DNA of 64,000 nucleotides from Phoronis australis. Lineage: Eukaryota; Animalia; Phoronida. The stretch covers positions 185,692-249,691 of the forward strand of contig NMRA01000495.1 of assembly GCA_002633005.1 (NCBI GenBank), read 5' to 3'. The notes beneath the pieces are model-generated. The model saw nothing but the letters and a program-made list of their open reading frames with translations, made no database searches and was not told the DNA's origin. Below, piece after piece: positions 1 through 11,800 of the stretch. Positions within the stretch are counted from its first letter, which is position 1, and every line of letters starts with the position of its first letter. The translations under genes and the position numbers were made by a program.

Positions 1-1002
1 GAAAGGAAAACCTTGATTAACAGGAAGTCTACATTTATGAAGCAAATCAAGAACTAATTATGACCATGAACCATTCGAAACAATAGTGCAGTAAAAGTCA
101 AAAGAATGATGCGGAATTCCCCGTCATGATGGATGGGCAAAAGCCAAATTCATATCAGAGTAATCTTTTCTCATGACCGAGTATGAACAGGAAATACCAA
201 GAAAGTTTACTTTTTTCTTTACTTTTCCACTAAACCATGTACAATTAATGAACGACCGTGTGACTGTCTGATACATTCAAACACACGCATATACACAACA
301 CACTCTCATACATGCAAAAGCACATTTTTGAGACCAGAAACCAAGTGAGTGCAACATTAGCTGATAATCAATGAAACGGAAGAGACAAAGAAGAACATCT
401 TCTATTGTTTTCGTATTCACAGCTTCAATCTGAAAGTTTTTTGAAAACTCTTTCCTAAAAAGATATTACGTAACAGGAAAGATGGTAAGTGGCTAAGCCA
501 TTCTGTAATCAGAATTTTGCATCAAAAAAAGATATCACCAGTCATCTTTCTGATAACAGAATGAACTGTCATTAGAGGGAAACGGCATTGTCTTATTACT
601 TTAGTCTTCTACAACCATTGTGACACTAACTAACATTGCGTAGTTCTCTACTTGAAAATTAATACTTAGCAATTTACTGTACTTGAGCATAATACCTCGG
701 GGGGTCTTTTAACGAGAATTTATCCTTCCCTTGACCACTAATATGACGTCAGTAGCATTATACAATAACAGTAATTAGTACACTGTTGGTACACTGTTGT
801 AATGAGAACCACACAGAGAGACACATTAGCTGTCACTGCTGTGGCTGTTGTAAAGCATATTACAGCATAACAAACATTTTTCAGTTCATTAGGAGGCCAA
901 CAGGTAGCGTGACGACCAGACTTGAAAATGTTTGTGATCTGCATTTTTCACTACAGCGGTTACACACACTTTCAAAATTCCGAGTGGATAAACTAGCATC
1001 AA

Positions 1003-3777
1003 CAGGGCTCGACGCTATTAAAATCGCCAGGTCGCATTTTGCGACCTAGCCAAAACCCCAGGTCGCATTTTCAAAATCCAGCTCACATTCATAAATGCCA
1101 GGTCGCAAAATTTTCCCGCCATTTTACGCGCCAAATTTGATTTTTTAGATCATTGAGAAAATGTTTAGATTATACTCTTACCTACTCACAAATTTCCGAT
1201 CGCAAAATTGACTTCGTTCATGCAGGTATGGCGTTACTGTTCTTCATGACCACCATTGAAGGGCTCTAGAGCGCAAAGCAAGTTGCCGACGTGAGAGTTG
1301 AATCAGAGCTCTCTAACTGACACGTACATTCGAGTGGCTAAGTTTGCAATGTGAAAAACGACAAAATGCCCGTTGAAAAAGTATCTGGGATTTTGTTGGG
1401 TCTGACCTGCTACTGACTGTCATCAAAGTTGTTAAAGATTCAAACTAACTTGGAGTGCAAATACAATCCACTTTTTGTTCGCAGCCCAAATTTTGCAACT
1501 TAACTCAACGTTTGAAGAACATCAGTCGAAAAAATCCGTGAAACGATGCCCTAACCGAATGACCTATTTGGAGGCGCGGGAACAATTCAGAGCAAATTTC
1601 ACAACAAAAATGTGGTACTTATACTGTTTACGTACTGAACAATTAGTTTTCCATTAAATGAGTATAACCTCGAAATAATTCCCGACTCCCTCCGCGTGGA
1701 TTTCCATCGAGTAATGGCGAGTTTGCTCCTCAATACCTTCACAGTACGAGAAAAATAGGTCAGTCACACAACGACACGCATGTCACTACTGTTAACAACA
1801 AAGCCGGAATTTACTTTTTACATATTGAGAAAAGACGTTTTTTGAAAACTGAATTTGTTGTGTAAAATGAGAGTGAGTCAACACATAGACTGCGTGTCAA
1901 TTTTAAACCACGCGCAGTCGTTTGTAGCCTGAACTGTGAATTGGAAATTCTCAAAAGTTGAGGGGGAACGCTTAGTAGATCGATCAGTGAACGCTTATAA
2001 TGAAACTCTTCAAAGGTAGGGAGAAGGCTTGTACGCGAGCATAGTCGTTAACCTGAGTGTTTGCGGTAATAAAATATTAAAAGACTGCAATGGTAAGAAA
2101 TGTTATAATATGAGTTTGCGAGGCAAACTCCATCTAGTAGGGGTGACTTTCTCTATATCGTTACCACCTACATGTACCCTTTTTAGCCATCCAGAATAAT
2201 TTCGTTTTTAATTGCTCGCTTCAGCCGGAACAAGATTGTTTCTATTGGAATCTGAACATTTTACGGTGGTCCGGGGAGCGAAAAGTTGCATGGGGGTGTA
2301 TGAAGAGAAGAATAAAAGTTTGCTTACCACAATCTATAGTATCTGTTTAGTTGCAATAGCTAGCTACGGGCATAGAATATAGGGTTTAGGGAACCTCGAC
2401 CTCAGGAAACATGGGGACAGGAAAATATCAGTTCTGGGTTATATTGGTCCCATGGAATATCGTAAGGCATCGGGTCTTTTATAACCGCCAGGAATCTATG
2501 AGTTCATTTCCAAATAAACCACTGGCACCCGGGTGCTTAACAGAGCCAAGACAGTATACTCTTACATGTAGGACTGTCCCTGTTCTCATTGATATGCAGC
2601 TTTGAAGTGGTGCGAACGCGTGAGTTCACGCACTTGAATCGCTGGAGAAGGCCTACACTTTATGTTGGCAACAACATTTGAAAGATTCATAATTCGTGCA
2701 CATATAGCCCCAGAAACAAGTAAAGAATTTGAGAATTTCTTAGCAACTGAAAGTAAAGACGTGGCCGTCGTTTTGGCGATTAATAGGGTTGCCATTTTCA
2801 CTTTGGCTGTGTTATGCGATAAAAACGAGATGCACATCTCTAAGTCACGATTGTCTGCCGGGACCGCTTGCGCGCTAGCAACGAGACCGGCCAGTCATCT
2901 CAGTCATCTGAGTGAAGAACCGACATCACTGCACAAGGGACATCCCCTGAAGCAGTACATCCCGAAGTGTGTAGATGCTGACAGTTCCAATCAGTGGCTG
3001 ATTCACTAGCCTTCTCTTTCTTCCACAAAGTCTTGATTTTCTGCAAGCAGCCCATCCAACTCCTAGCTCACGAAGTCGTTCCAAATGATGATGTTCCGAT
3101 TCCTCTTGGTTCTTCTTCAGCTTCTCCCGGACCATATTCACAGTTTCCGGTTTATCAGGACACATCTTCCCTTCTGGTTTTGCTTTCCCAGCCAGCTTAT
3201 CAGCACGTTCATTCCCCCTAACTCCAGCATGGCCGACCAGTGCCGCAGTGCGACATCAGGGATATTGTCGTGGATATTTGGTACATGAAATAAGGACATC
3301 TTACGCGAAAAATAGACCTATTTGTCCACCGCAAAGTTTAGTAAGTTGATCGCTTAAGAATTAGTAGAAACACCGCTGTTTTGTGACGTTTTATCACGTG
3401 TTATGCAGTTGCCTGAAACTTTCTTTGGCGAATCCGGAAATTTTCAAAAGTGGCCGAAAATGTTAGCCAATGAAACGCGTTAAAGATTCTGCATATCCCA
3501 TGTTCACACGACTTGCTCACAAGTCATCGGGAGGGCTGTTCTCGGTTAGCATTCTTTTGAACTTGGATTTGGCAACAACCAAATAACGGTTGGATTAACA
3601 AGTCTAGAGTTGCTTTATATTTGCCAGGTATCTGCCGAGAAGTGTAAAAACTCAGTTCGCACTTGTTGGAAATTTCAGGTCCCATTTTGCGACTTGATAC
3701 GAGCTGACAAAATCTCAGCTCGCATTTGCAAATTTCAGATCGCAAATGCGACCTGCAGCTCGTTATGTCGAGCCCTG
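1003..3777. mobile_element. Non-autonomous hAT-like DNA transposon (TIR CAGGGCTCGAC) with nested fragments
   Basis: CAGGGCTCGAC at 1003 and GTCGAGCCCTG ending at 3777; subterminal CAGGTCGCATTT/AAATGCGACCTG repeats; flanks ATCAA and ATCAG. Confidence 0.7.
2926..3237 (-). mobile_element. 3' fragment of an RNase H-bearing non-LTR retrotransposon
   Basis: Translates VGHAGVRGNERADKLAGKAK, the RNase H C-terminal motif, in frame with ORF 2926..3165. Confidence 0.65.
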
Positions 3778-4049
3778 ATCAGCTTTTGAACACGTAGAAA
3801 CTAGATACCTTTAGCCATTTTCAATCACATTTTCTAAATGCCAATCAAATCTTTCCTATTATCATTCCTAAAGGAGTGTGTTCAACACATTCCCATTGCA
3901 CTGTTGTAGCTCACAACCAAAAAGTTCAAAAGATGAAAAATTTAAATAAATGTACAAGTCTTGAAACTTCTAACAGATCTAACGTGATGTGTACTCCCAA
4001 ACAAATAGCTACACAGTGGATTTCTTTGTCATTAACAACATTACCTTAA

Positions 4050-5695
4050 AGGAGAATGCCACAAAAAAAACAACCTATTTTGTATCAATTTAGATTGAGC
4101 AATTCCACTCGATAACAGCAAGTTCAGTTGTTTTACCTGACACCTAACAGCAGACGGAGGCGTTGAAATTAACCAATGACGTAATCGGTTCGATAAAGTC
4201 TGTTCAGCCGTTCACAACACGCTTACTGGAGTCAACTTATCGCTTGAATTCGTCGTTTTACACCAATAAATCACCAAAAGTTGATGTAAACCCCTCACAA
4301 ATACATTGAGTTCTTGAACAAACATGTTGTTTTATATCACTGTTACGAATTTATAGGTATTTGAACATACCGTAGCCTACAGAGTTCGGTAGGCCAATTT
4401 ACCATGATGATCGTCGATCGCGGGAGTTTGGGTCTGTTTGGTGATAAATTCCAATGATTCTTCCGTGAAATACAGACGGGGGAACATAGCTGTGTGTTGT
4501 ACTTTTAGACTTGTGATTTTTTCAGTTCTAAACACACAAAAGGCATGTTACTCCCCGCCAGAGGGTCGCAACCCAATCAGGCCCGTCACGGCCACCGGGA
4601 CTGGACACCACGAACATAAACCAGCATAAGTTGGATACTAAACCTCCAGTCACAAAAAGACTATAATAGTGAGCCAAAGAAATAATGTGCAAATAATTAT
4701 TTAGGTGAATTAGCCACGAAACTGAAAATCTACTTACTTGTTGGGGGCTACGAAGTCAGGTTCCCCTTCCACAGAACTGCCCGAGCAAAGGTTGAACAGT
4801 AACAATGATTTGAATAAATTGTTAAAGATTCCCCTAACATGTGACCATAGCATATAAAATCGACCTATTGTTTCACAACAGCTTTCTGTCAGCAAAAACT
4901 GAATTAGCATGCGCTCACGCGTACGGCCTTGGTGCCCGGTCAACTACCTTCATTGCATCTCAAGTCGGTAACGCAGTGGTTTATTCATTGCTGGCTTCTC
5001 AAAACATTTGCACTCACGAATACTCCAAAGGCATTACAAATTGTATCTAATGAGACAGACTTTGTTTCAGTTTTACATAAGCATTGGTTAGGGTGAGAAT
5101 AATTCATTTTGAAACAGAACGCAGAATAATAAACGTCTACATGGCAACTCGCCTGGCGCCAATCCCGACTTAGTCAAGAGCTCATACGACGAAGACTTCA
5201 CGGGTCAGATTGTTAGGTTTCACAGGCTATCAGTTTGAACCGTAATACACTGATCAAGAAATACTAGAGAGGCGCCGTGAACATGCACAGGCAACGGAAC
5301 GCATGGATAGTTCTTTGGTAAGCCGGAATTCGTCAGAGAAATCACTGTCCACGAAATGCCGGCCATAGACACGGAGATGTTTCACAGCCTCATACTTACT
5401 ATTGACTACCGCAAGCCACTTCCTACGCATTTCGGGCTCTCGAGAAAGTCAAAAAATGATATACTCGCTTTCTTCACAGTTTCATAGTTCGGACAAGCAG
5501 GAACGATACACCACAATATAGCGGCATTCACTCCGCAGATGAACCACTGACATCGTTGCATCGTTTCTTACCTTTCTCACAGGTTAACGCGACACCTCTC
5601 GGCAAGGTGAGGTCAACCGTATAAGAGACGATGTTTATATAGACCGAACCGATTAAGACGGTAAAAAGACTAATTAAACCGGTTGGCATTCTCCT
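4050..5695 (-). mobile_element. Kolobok-like non-autonomous DNA transposon with degenerate THAP domain
   Basis: TTAA TSDs at 4046-4049 and 5696-5699; perfect 12-bp TIR AGGAGAATGCCA. Minus strand ~5528-5340 encodes a frameshifted THAP (CIVPACPN..RRKWLAVV..GRHFVDSDF). Confidence 0.75.
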
Positions 5696-5756
5696 TTAAG
5701 AGCAAGTAATTTCAGCTTAATTTCCCAATTTCAATTAAACATTGATTTTAAGTTAC

Positions 5757-5900
5757 CCTTAGTGCCACACGGGTTGCCCACACAATCATCAATGTTCTCC
5801 TGGCAGGTGTCACCGGTGTAGCCTGGCAGACAGTAGCATCGCTTACGAGGACTCAGCGAAGTGGTTGGATGACACACGCCATAGTTCAGGCAAGGATCGC
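5757..5900 (-). CDS. Second copy of the EGF exon at 8804-8947 (probably the allelic copy)
   Basis: 144-nt phase 1-1 exon with the same AG acceptor and GTAACT donor, differing by a few substitutions; lies inside duplicated block 3552-6009. Confidence 0.7.
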
Positions 5901-7094
5901 CTAGAAATCGAACAAAGTACCAGATTAGTCACCATGTGGCGCTTGTTTTCCGCTAGTTACTACGAATTTCGAAATACAAGTTTCCAGTTCAAGACAGACA
6001 ACCTCTGGTNNNNNNNNNNNNNNNNNNNNNNNNNNNNNNNNNNNNNNNNNNNNNNNNNNNNNNNNNNNNNNNNNNNNNNNNNNNNNNNNNNNNNNNNNNN
6101 NNNNNNNNNNNNNNNNNNNNNNNNNNNNNNNNNNNNNNNNNNNNNNNNNNNNNNNNNNNNNNNNNNNNNNNNNNNNNNNNNNNNNNNNNNNNNNNNNNNN
6201 NNNNNNNNNNNNNNNNNNNNNNNNNNNNNNNNNNNNNNNNNNNNNNNNNNNNNNNNNNNNNNNNNNNNNNNNNNNNNNNNNNNNNNNNNNNNNNNNNNNN
6301 NNNNNNNNNNNNNNNNNNNNNNNNNNNNNNNNNNNNNNNNNNNNNNNNNNNNNNNNNNNNNNNNNNNNNNNNNNNNNNNNNNNNNNNNNNNNNNNNNNNN
6401 NNNNNNNNNNNNNNNNNNNNNNNNNNNNNNNNNNNNNNNNNNNNNNNNNNNNNNNNNNNNNNNNNNNNNNNNNNNNNNNNNNNNNNNNNNNNNNNNNNNN
6501 NNNNNNNNNNNNNNNNNNNNNNNNNNNNNNNNNNNNNNNNNNNNNNNNNNNNNNNNNNNNNNNNNNNNNNNNNNNNNNNNNNNNNNNNNNNNNNNNNNNN
6601 NNNNNTTCTTTTGAACTTGGATTTGGCAACAACCAAATAACGGTTGGATTAACAAGTCTAGAGTTGCTTTATATTTGCCAGGTATCTGCCGAGAAGTGTA
6701 AAGACTCAGCTCGCACTTGTTGGAAATTTCAGGTCCCATTTTGCGACTTGATACGAGCTGACAAAATCTCAGCTCGCATTTGCAAATTTCAGATCGCAAA
6801 TGCGACCTGCAGCTCGTTATGTCGAGCCCTGATCAGCTTTTGAACACGTAGAAACTAGATACCTTTAGCCATTTTCAATCACATTTTCTAAATGCCAATC
6901 AAATCTTTCCTATTATCATTCCTAAAGGAGTGTGTTCAACACATTCCCATTGCACTGTTGTAGCTCACAACCAAAAAGTTCAAAAGATGAAAAATTTGAA
7001 TAAATGTACAAGTTTTGAAATTTCTAACAGATCTAACGTGATGTGTACTCCCAAACAAATAGCTACACAGTGGATTTCTTTGTCGTTACCTTAA

Positions 7095-8742
7095 AGGAGA
7101 ATGCCACCCAAAAAACAACCTATTTGTAACAATTTAGATTGAGCAATTCCACTCGATAACAGCAAGTTCAGTTGTTTTACCCGACACCTAACAGCAGACG
7201 AAGGTGTTGAAATTAACCAATGACGTAATCGGTTCGATAAAGTCTGTTCAGCCGTTCACAACATGCTTACTGGAGTCAACTTATCGCTTGAACTCATTGT
7301 TTTACACCAATAAATCACCAAAAGTTGATGTAAACCCATTACAAATACATCGAGTTCTTGAACAAACGTGTTGTTTTATTTCACTGTTACGAATTTATAG
7401 GTATTTGAACATACCGTAGCCTACAGAGTTCGGTAGGCCAATTTACCATGATGATCGTCGATCGCGGGAGTTTGGGTCTGTTTGGTGATAAATTCCAATC
7501 ATTCTTCCGTGAAATACAGACGGGGAACGTAGCTGTGTTGTACTTTTAGACTTGTGATTTTTTCAGTTCTAAGCACACAAAAGGCATGTTACTCCCCGCC
7601 AGAGGGTTGCAACCCGATCAGGGCCGTCGTGGCCACCGGGACAGGACATCACGAACATAAACCAGCATAAGTTGGAAACTAAAACCTCCAGTCACGAAAA
7701 GACTATAATAGTGAGCCAAAGAAATAATGTGCACATAATTATTTAGGTGAATTAGCCACGAAACTGAAAATCTACTTACTTGTTGGGGGCTGCGAAGTCA
7801 GGTTCCCCTTCCACAGAACTGCCTGAGCAAAGGTTGAACAGTAACAATGATTTGAATAAATTATTAAAGATTCCCCTAACATGTGACCATAGCATATAAA
7901 ATCGACCTATTGTTTCACAACAGCTTTCTGTCAGCAAAAACTGAATTAGCATGCGCTCACACGTACGGCCTTGGTGCCCGGTCAACTACCTTCATTGCAT
8001 CTAAAGTCGGTAACGCAGTGGTTTATTCATTACTGGCTTCTCAAAACATTTGCACTCACGAATACTCCAAAGGCCTTACAAATTGTATTTCATGAGACAG
8101 ACTTTGTTTCAGTTTTACATAAGCATTGGTTAGGGTGAGAATAACTCATTTTGAAACAGAACGCAGAATAATAAACGTCTACATGGCAACTCACCTGGCG
8201 TCAATCCCGACTTAGTCGAGCTCATCCGACGAAGACTTCACGGGTCAGATTGTTAGGTTTCACAGGCTATCAGTTTGAACCGCAATACACTGATCAAGAA
8301 ATACTAGAGGCGCTGTGAACATGCACAGGCAATGGAACGCATGGATAGTTCTTTGGTAAGCCGGAATTCGTTAGAGAAATCGCTGTCCACGAAATGCCGG
8401 CCATAGACACGGAGATGTTTCACAGCCTCATACTTGCTATTATATTTCATTCTTCACTACCGCAAGCCACTTCCTAAGCATTTCGGGCTCTTGAGAAAGT
8501 CAAAAAAATGATATACCCGCTTTCTTCACAGCTTCATAGTTCCGACAAGCAGGAACGATACACCACAATATAGAGGCATTCACTCCGCAGATGAACCACT
8601 GACATCGCTGCATCGTTTCTTACCTTTCTCACAGATTAACGCGACACCTCTCGGCAAGGTGAGGTCATCCGTATAAGAGACGATGTTTATATAGACCGAT
8701 TAAGACGGTAAAAAGACTAATTAAATCGGTTGGCATTCTCCT
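7095..8742 (-). mobile_element. Second (probably allelic) copy of the Kolobok-like element at 4050-5695
   Basis: Same TIR and TTAA flanks at 7091-7094 and 8743-8746, with the same flanking sequence. Confidence 0.75.
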
Positions 8743-8803
8743 TTAAGAGCAAGTAATTTCAGCTTAATTTCCCAATTTCAATTAAACAATGATTTTAAGT
8801 TAC

Positions 8804-11800
8804 CCTTAGTGCCACATGGGTTGCCCACACAATCATCAATGTTCTCCTGGCAGATGTCACCGGTGTAGCCTGGCAGACAGTAGCATCGCTTACGAGGATT
8901 CAGTGAAGTGGTTGGATGACACACGCCATAGTTCAGGCAAGGATCGCCTAGAAATCGAACAAAGTACCAGATTAGTCACCGTGTGGCGCTTGTTTTCCGC
9001 TAGTTACTACGAATTTCGAAATACAAGTTTCCAGTTCAAGACAGACAACCTCTGGTGAACCATATACACTTGTCCCACAGGTGGGAGCAGACGTTCGCAT
9101 GTGTATAATATTAAACAGCTAGCCATTGAAATCAGTTGATTACAATACACATGTTGCCTGAGGCAAAGATTCGTGTCAACAACAACTGAAAACAGTTCCC
9201 TGTAAGCATGTCTATGAAATAAACATCACTACCAGAGATTTCTGCAGAGAAGAGCGGGTTATACATTTGAACAATACATTAGTTTAAGGACCAAAAGTCA
9301 AATCCCAGCATATACTTGTTAGGTACAGAAGAATAAATGTTAAATGCATATTAAAATACTGTAGCTGGCAAGCCAATACAAAAGGGCCCTTGGTTGTATT
9401 GTGTGAGCCTCTTACAAAATGGTCCTTAAAAGACCGGTTATATAATTCAACATAACTCACATAGTATAACGTGCTCATTCAAGTACTGAGGGTCTGTTTC
9501 ATTCAAGTTTTTATCAGGAAAGGTTGGACGAAAACGAAGAAGATGACAATATCGATGACAGTTGTAACACCTTGATTAGATGTTGCCGTTCACCAGCGTT
9601 GTCAAAAACCCCGCCTGGTTCAGTTCTTGTTCCTGGATTCACAAGTAATCGTGAACCACAAGAACAGGCAGAGACATCACAACAAATCACATTTCGAAAG
9701 TCGTCATCGAACTATTCAATGTTGCATCACTAGACTGAGGTTCTTCACCAGCAATCCTGACGAAAATTGCATAGTTTCTCTTCATTTGTTTCAATCCCAA
9801 CCCATTTTTTAAGAAAGTGGTGTAAAGTTTTTGTCCCATGCTTATAGTGCATAATTTGTTCAACAGTACATTTAGCATGATGAACCCATTTACATAAACT
9901 GGCCTCATTATTGATTTGAAACTAAAGTTAAATTAATCATAACACCACAAAATTTGAAAATACATTTATTTTGTAGAAGCATGAATTATTTTCCCTTAGA
10001 ATCAAGCACTTCTCGAAAAGCTATGCGTCATTCATTATCTGATTAGCTAAGGCGCATATGGTGGAAAATGGCAGTCAATGTGCATGCGTGCTTTGTAGCG
10101 ACATTAGGTATCTCAATTTTATTTGGGCCACTCTGTTGAAATAGCAAATTTGCTTATTTATGCCACTTCTGATGAGTTCACAACTTGAGCCTGTTGAGCT
10201 CTACCATTGAGTGTTGACATAGGGACCAACGTGTTGCTTATTTGAATGGGTATTGCTTTAGCACAGTAGCATCTGGGGAACCAAACCAGTATTCCAAAAT
10301 TAGTATCTTTCGCACACGAAACCCTTTCATTACATTTGTAGTAGGATTGGTGTATTATTTAGACGTGGTATAAGACTTTTCAAGTCAAAATTTTGGAAGT
10401 ATTAGGACCTAAGACGAATGGTACAAAACAACATTGATGCCCCTTTATTTCACCTGTTCAATGTGTGTAAAGAAGGAGAGAGTTGTTAGTTGGCAGTACT
10501 TTCATAGGCTACACCATACGTCAGTAAGATGGATCAGATTCAGAGCAGCGTGCATTTGACCTTCAAATGAAACCCCCGTGGAGCATGTACGTATGCTGCT
10601 GTTGGAGTGCGATTTTGAGTATAGGCCTAGTGGTTATTTCTGGAGTACCAATGTCAGTTGTATTTAAGAAGTTAACGTTTTGTGAGCATTCAAAATTTTT
10701 AAACATGGATGTGAGTTCGGGAAAATAGACAATCCAAACCGCGACTAGCAGACGACCATGACTAGCAGACAGCATACTTGAAGGAAGTAAGACCTGATAA
10801 CACACCAGGTGCCGCAAGTGAACAGTGACATCATGGCTTGTGTGCACGATCACAGATTTCGTGCATTGAGAATATACGAGTCGGTGGTCCACCTACTAAA
10901 AATAGCCTATGGTCACTTAGCATTTAGTACATTTGCTGTGGCACTGACAGATAGACTCTTGCTATTTGAACAACAAAAAAATCCCATCGTTCACAGTTTT
11001 GGCCAGTTTCTGCTGCAATTATACATTGTCACAGATAATGACAAAAATACATGAAAGCTTTGTTCACATTTCTGGTGACAGCACATTAAAGGCCAAGTAT
11101 GGTGCCAAAATGACTATTTTTACATCTAAAATACATTTATTGATAAAAAACATCAAAATACTGTGTCATAGTATACCCCAGTCGGTAATTAAGTAGGCCT
11201 TTGACAATACGAAACGCCATCACGAACCCCATTTAGCGCCAAAAAAAACTTGAGACGGCGCTCGCGCCAATCGAAGTCTATGACATCATCGTTACCACTA
11301 ATTTGGCTTTTACCGTGTCTCCACAGTATTGAAATCAGCGATGACTGGCCATTTAATTTAGTGCAAAATACGTGGAAAATCAAGGAAACACATTAATTTT
11401 TCATTTCATGTCATTTAATATTAAAATTAATCAAAATCACTACCTTTAGAATTTTTATTTAATTATTTAGCACACATTCTAATACGGGCCGGTATGGGAA
11501 TCCCCGGGAGTGTGACAGGTGTCGTCGAAACAGCTGGAAAAACAAAGCGATTCGTCTGAATTATTATCAGCAATTTCCCAATGTTTATTTATAAAGTGTA
11601 ATTTGTTTGATACAAAAACTTTGATGTTAGTAACTTTCCATTCATGTCTTTTTGAAGCCGAAGGTGTGAACTCTGCGCAATTCCAATACGGACGGCTGTC
11701 CAGTGTGTGTCCCGTATGGGTATAGACGACAACAGGCCACTTAATTTGGTGCAAAATACTTAGAAACGTTAAGCTTACAGCACATATCAGCATGATCTTT

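Larger units (their letters stand above)
3552..9056. repeat. Tandem near-identical blocks 3552-6009 and 6606-9056 either side of an N gap (probable uncollapsed haplotypes)
   Basis: The blocks are colinear with scattered SNPs and small indels, and their boundaries coincide with the gap at 6010-6605. Confidence 0.85.

Noticed and set aside
5865-6799. Long ORFs of 215-279 aa in the track
   Set aside because: Artefacts of translating through the N gap.
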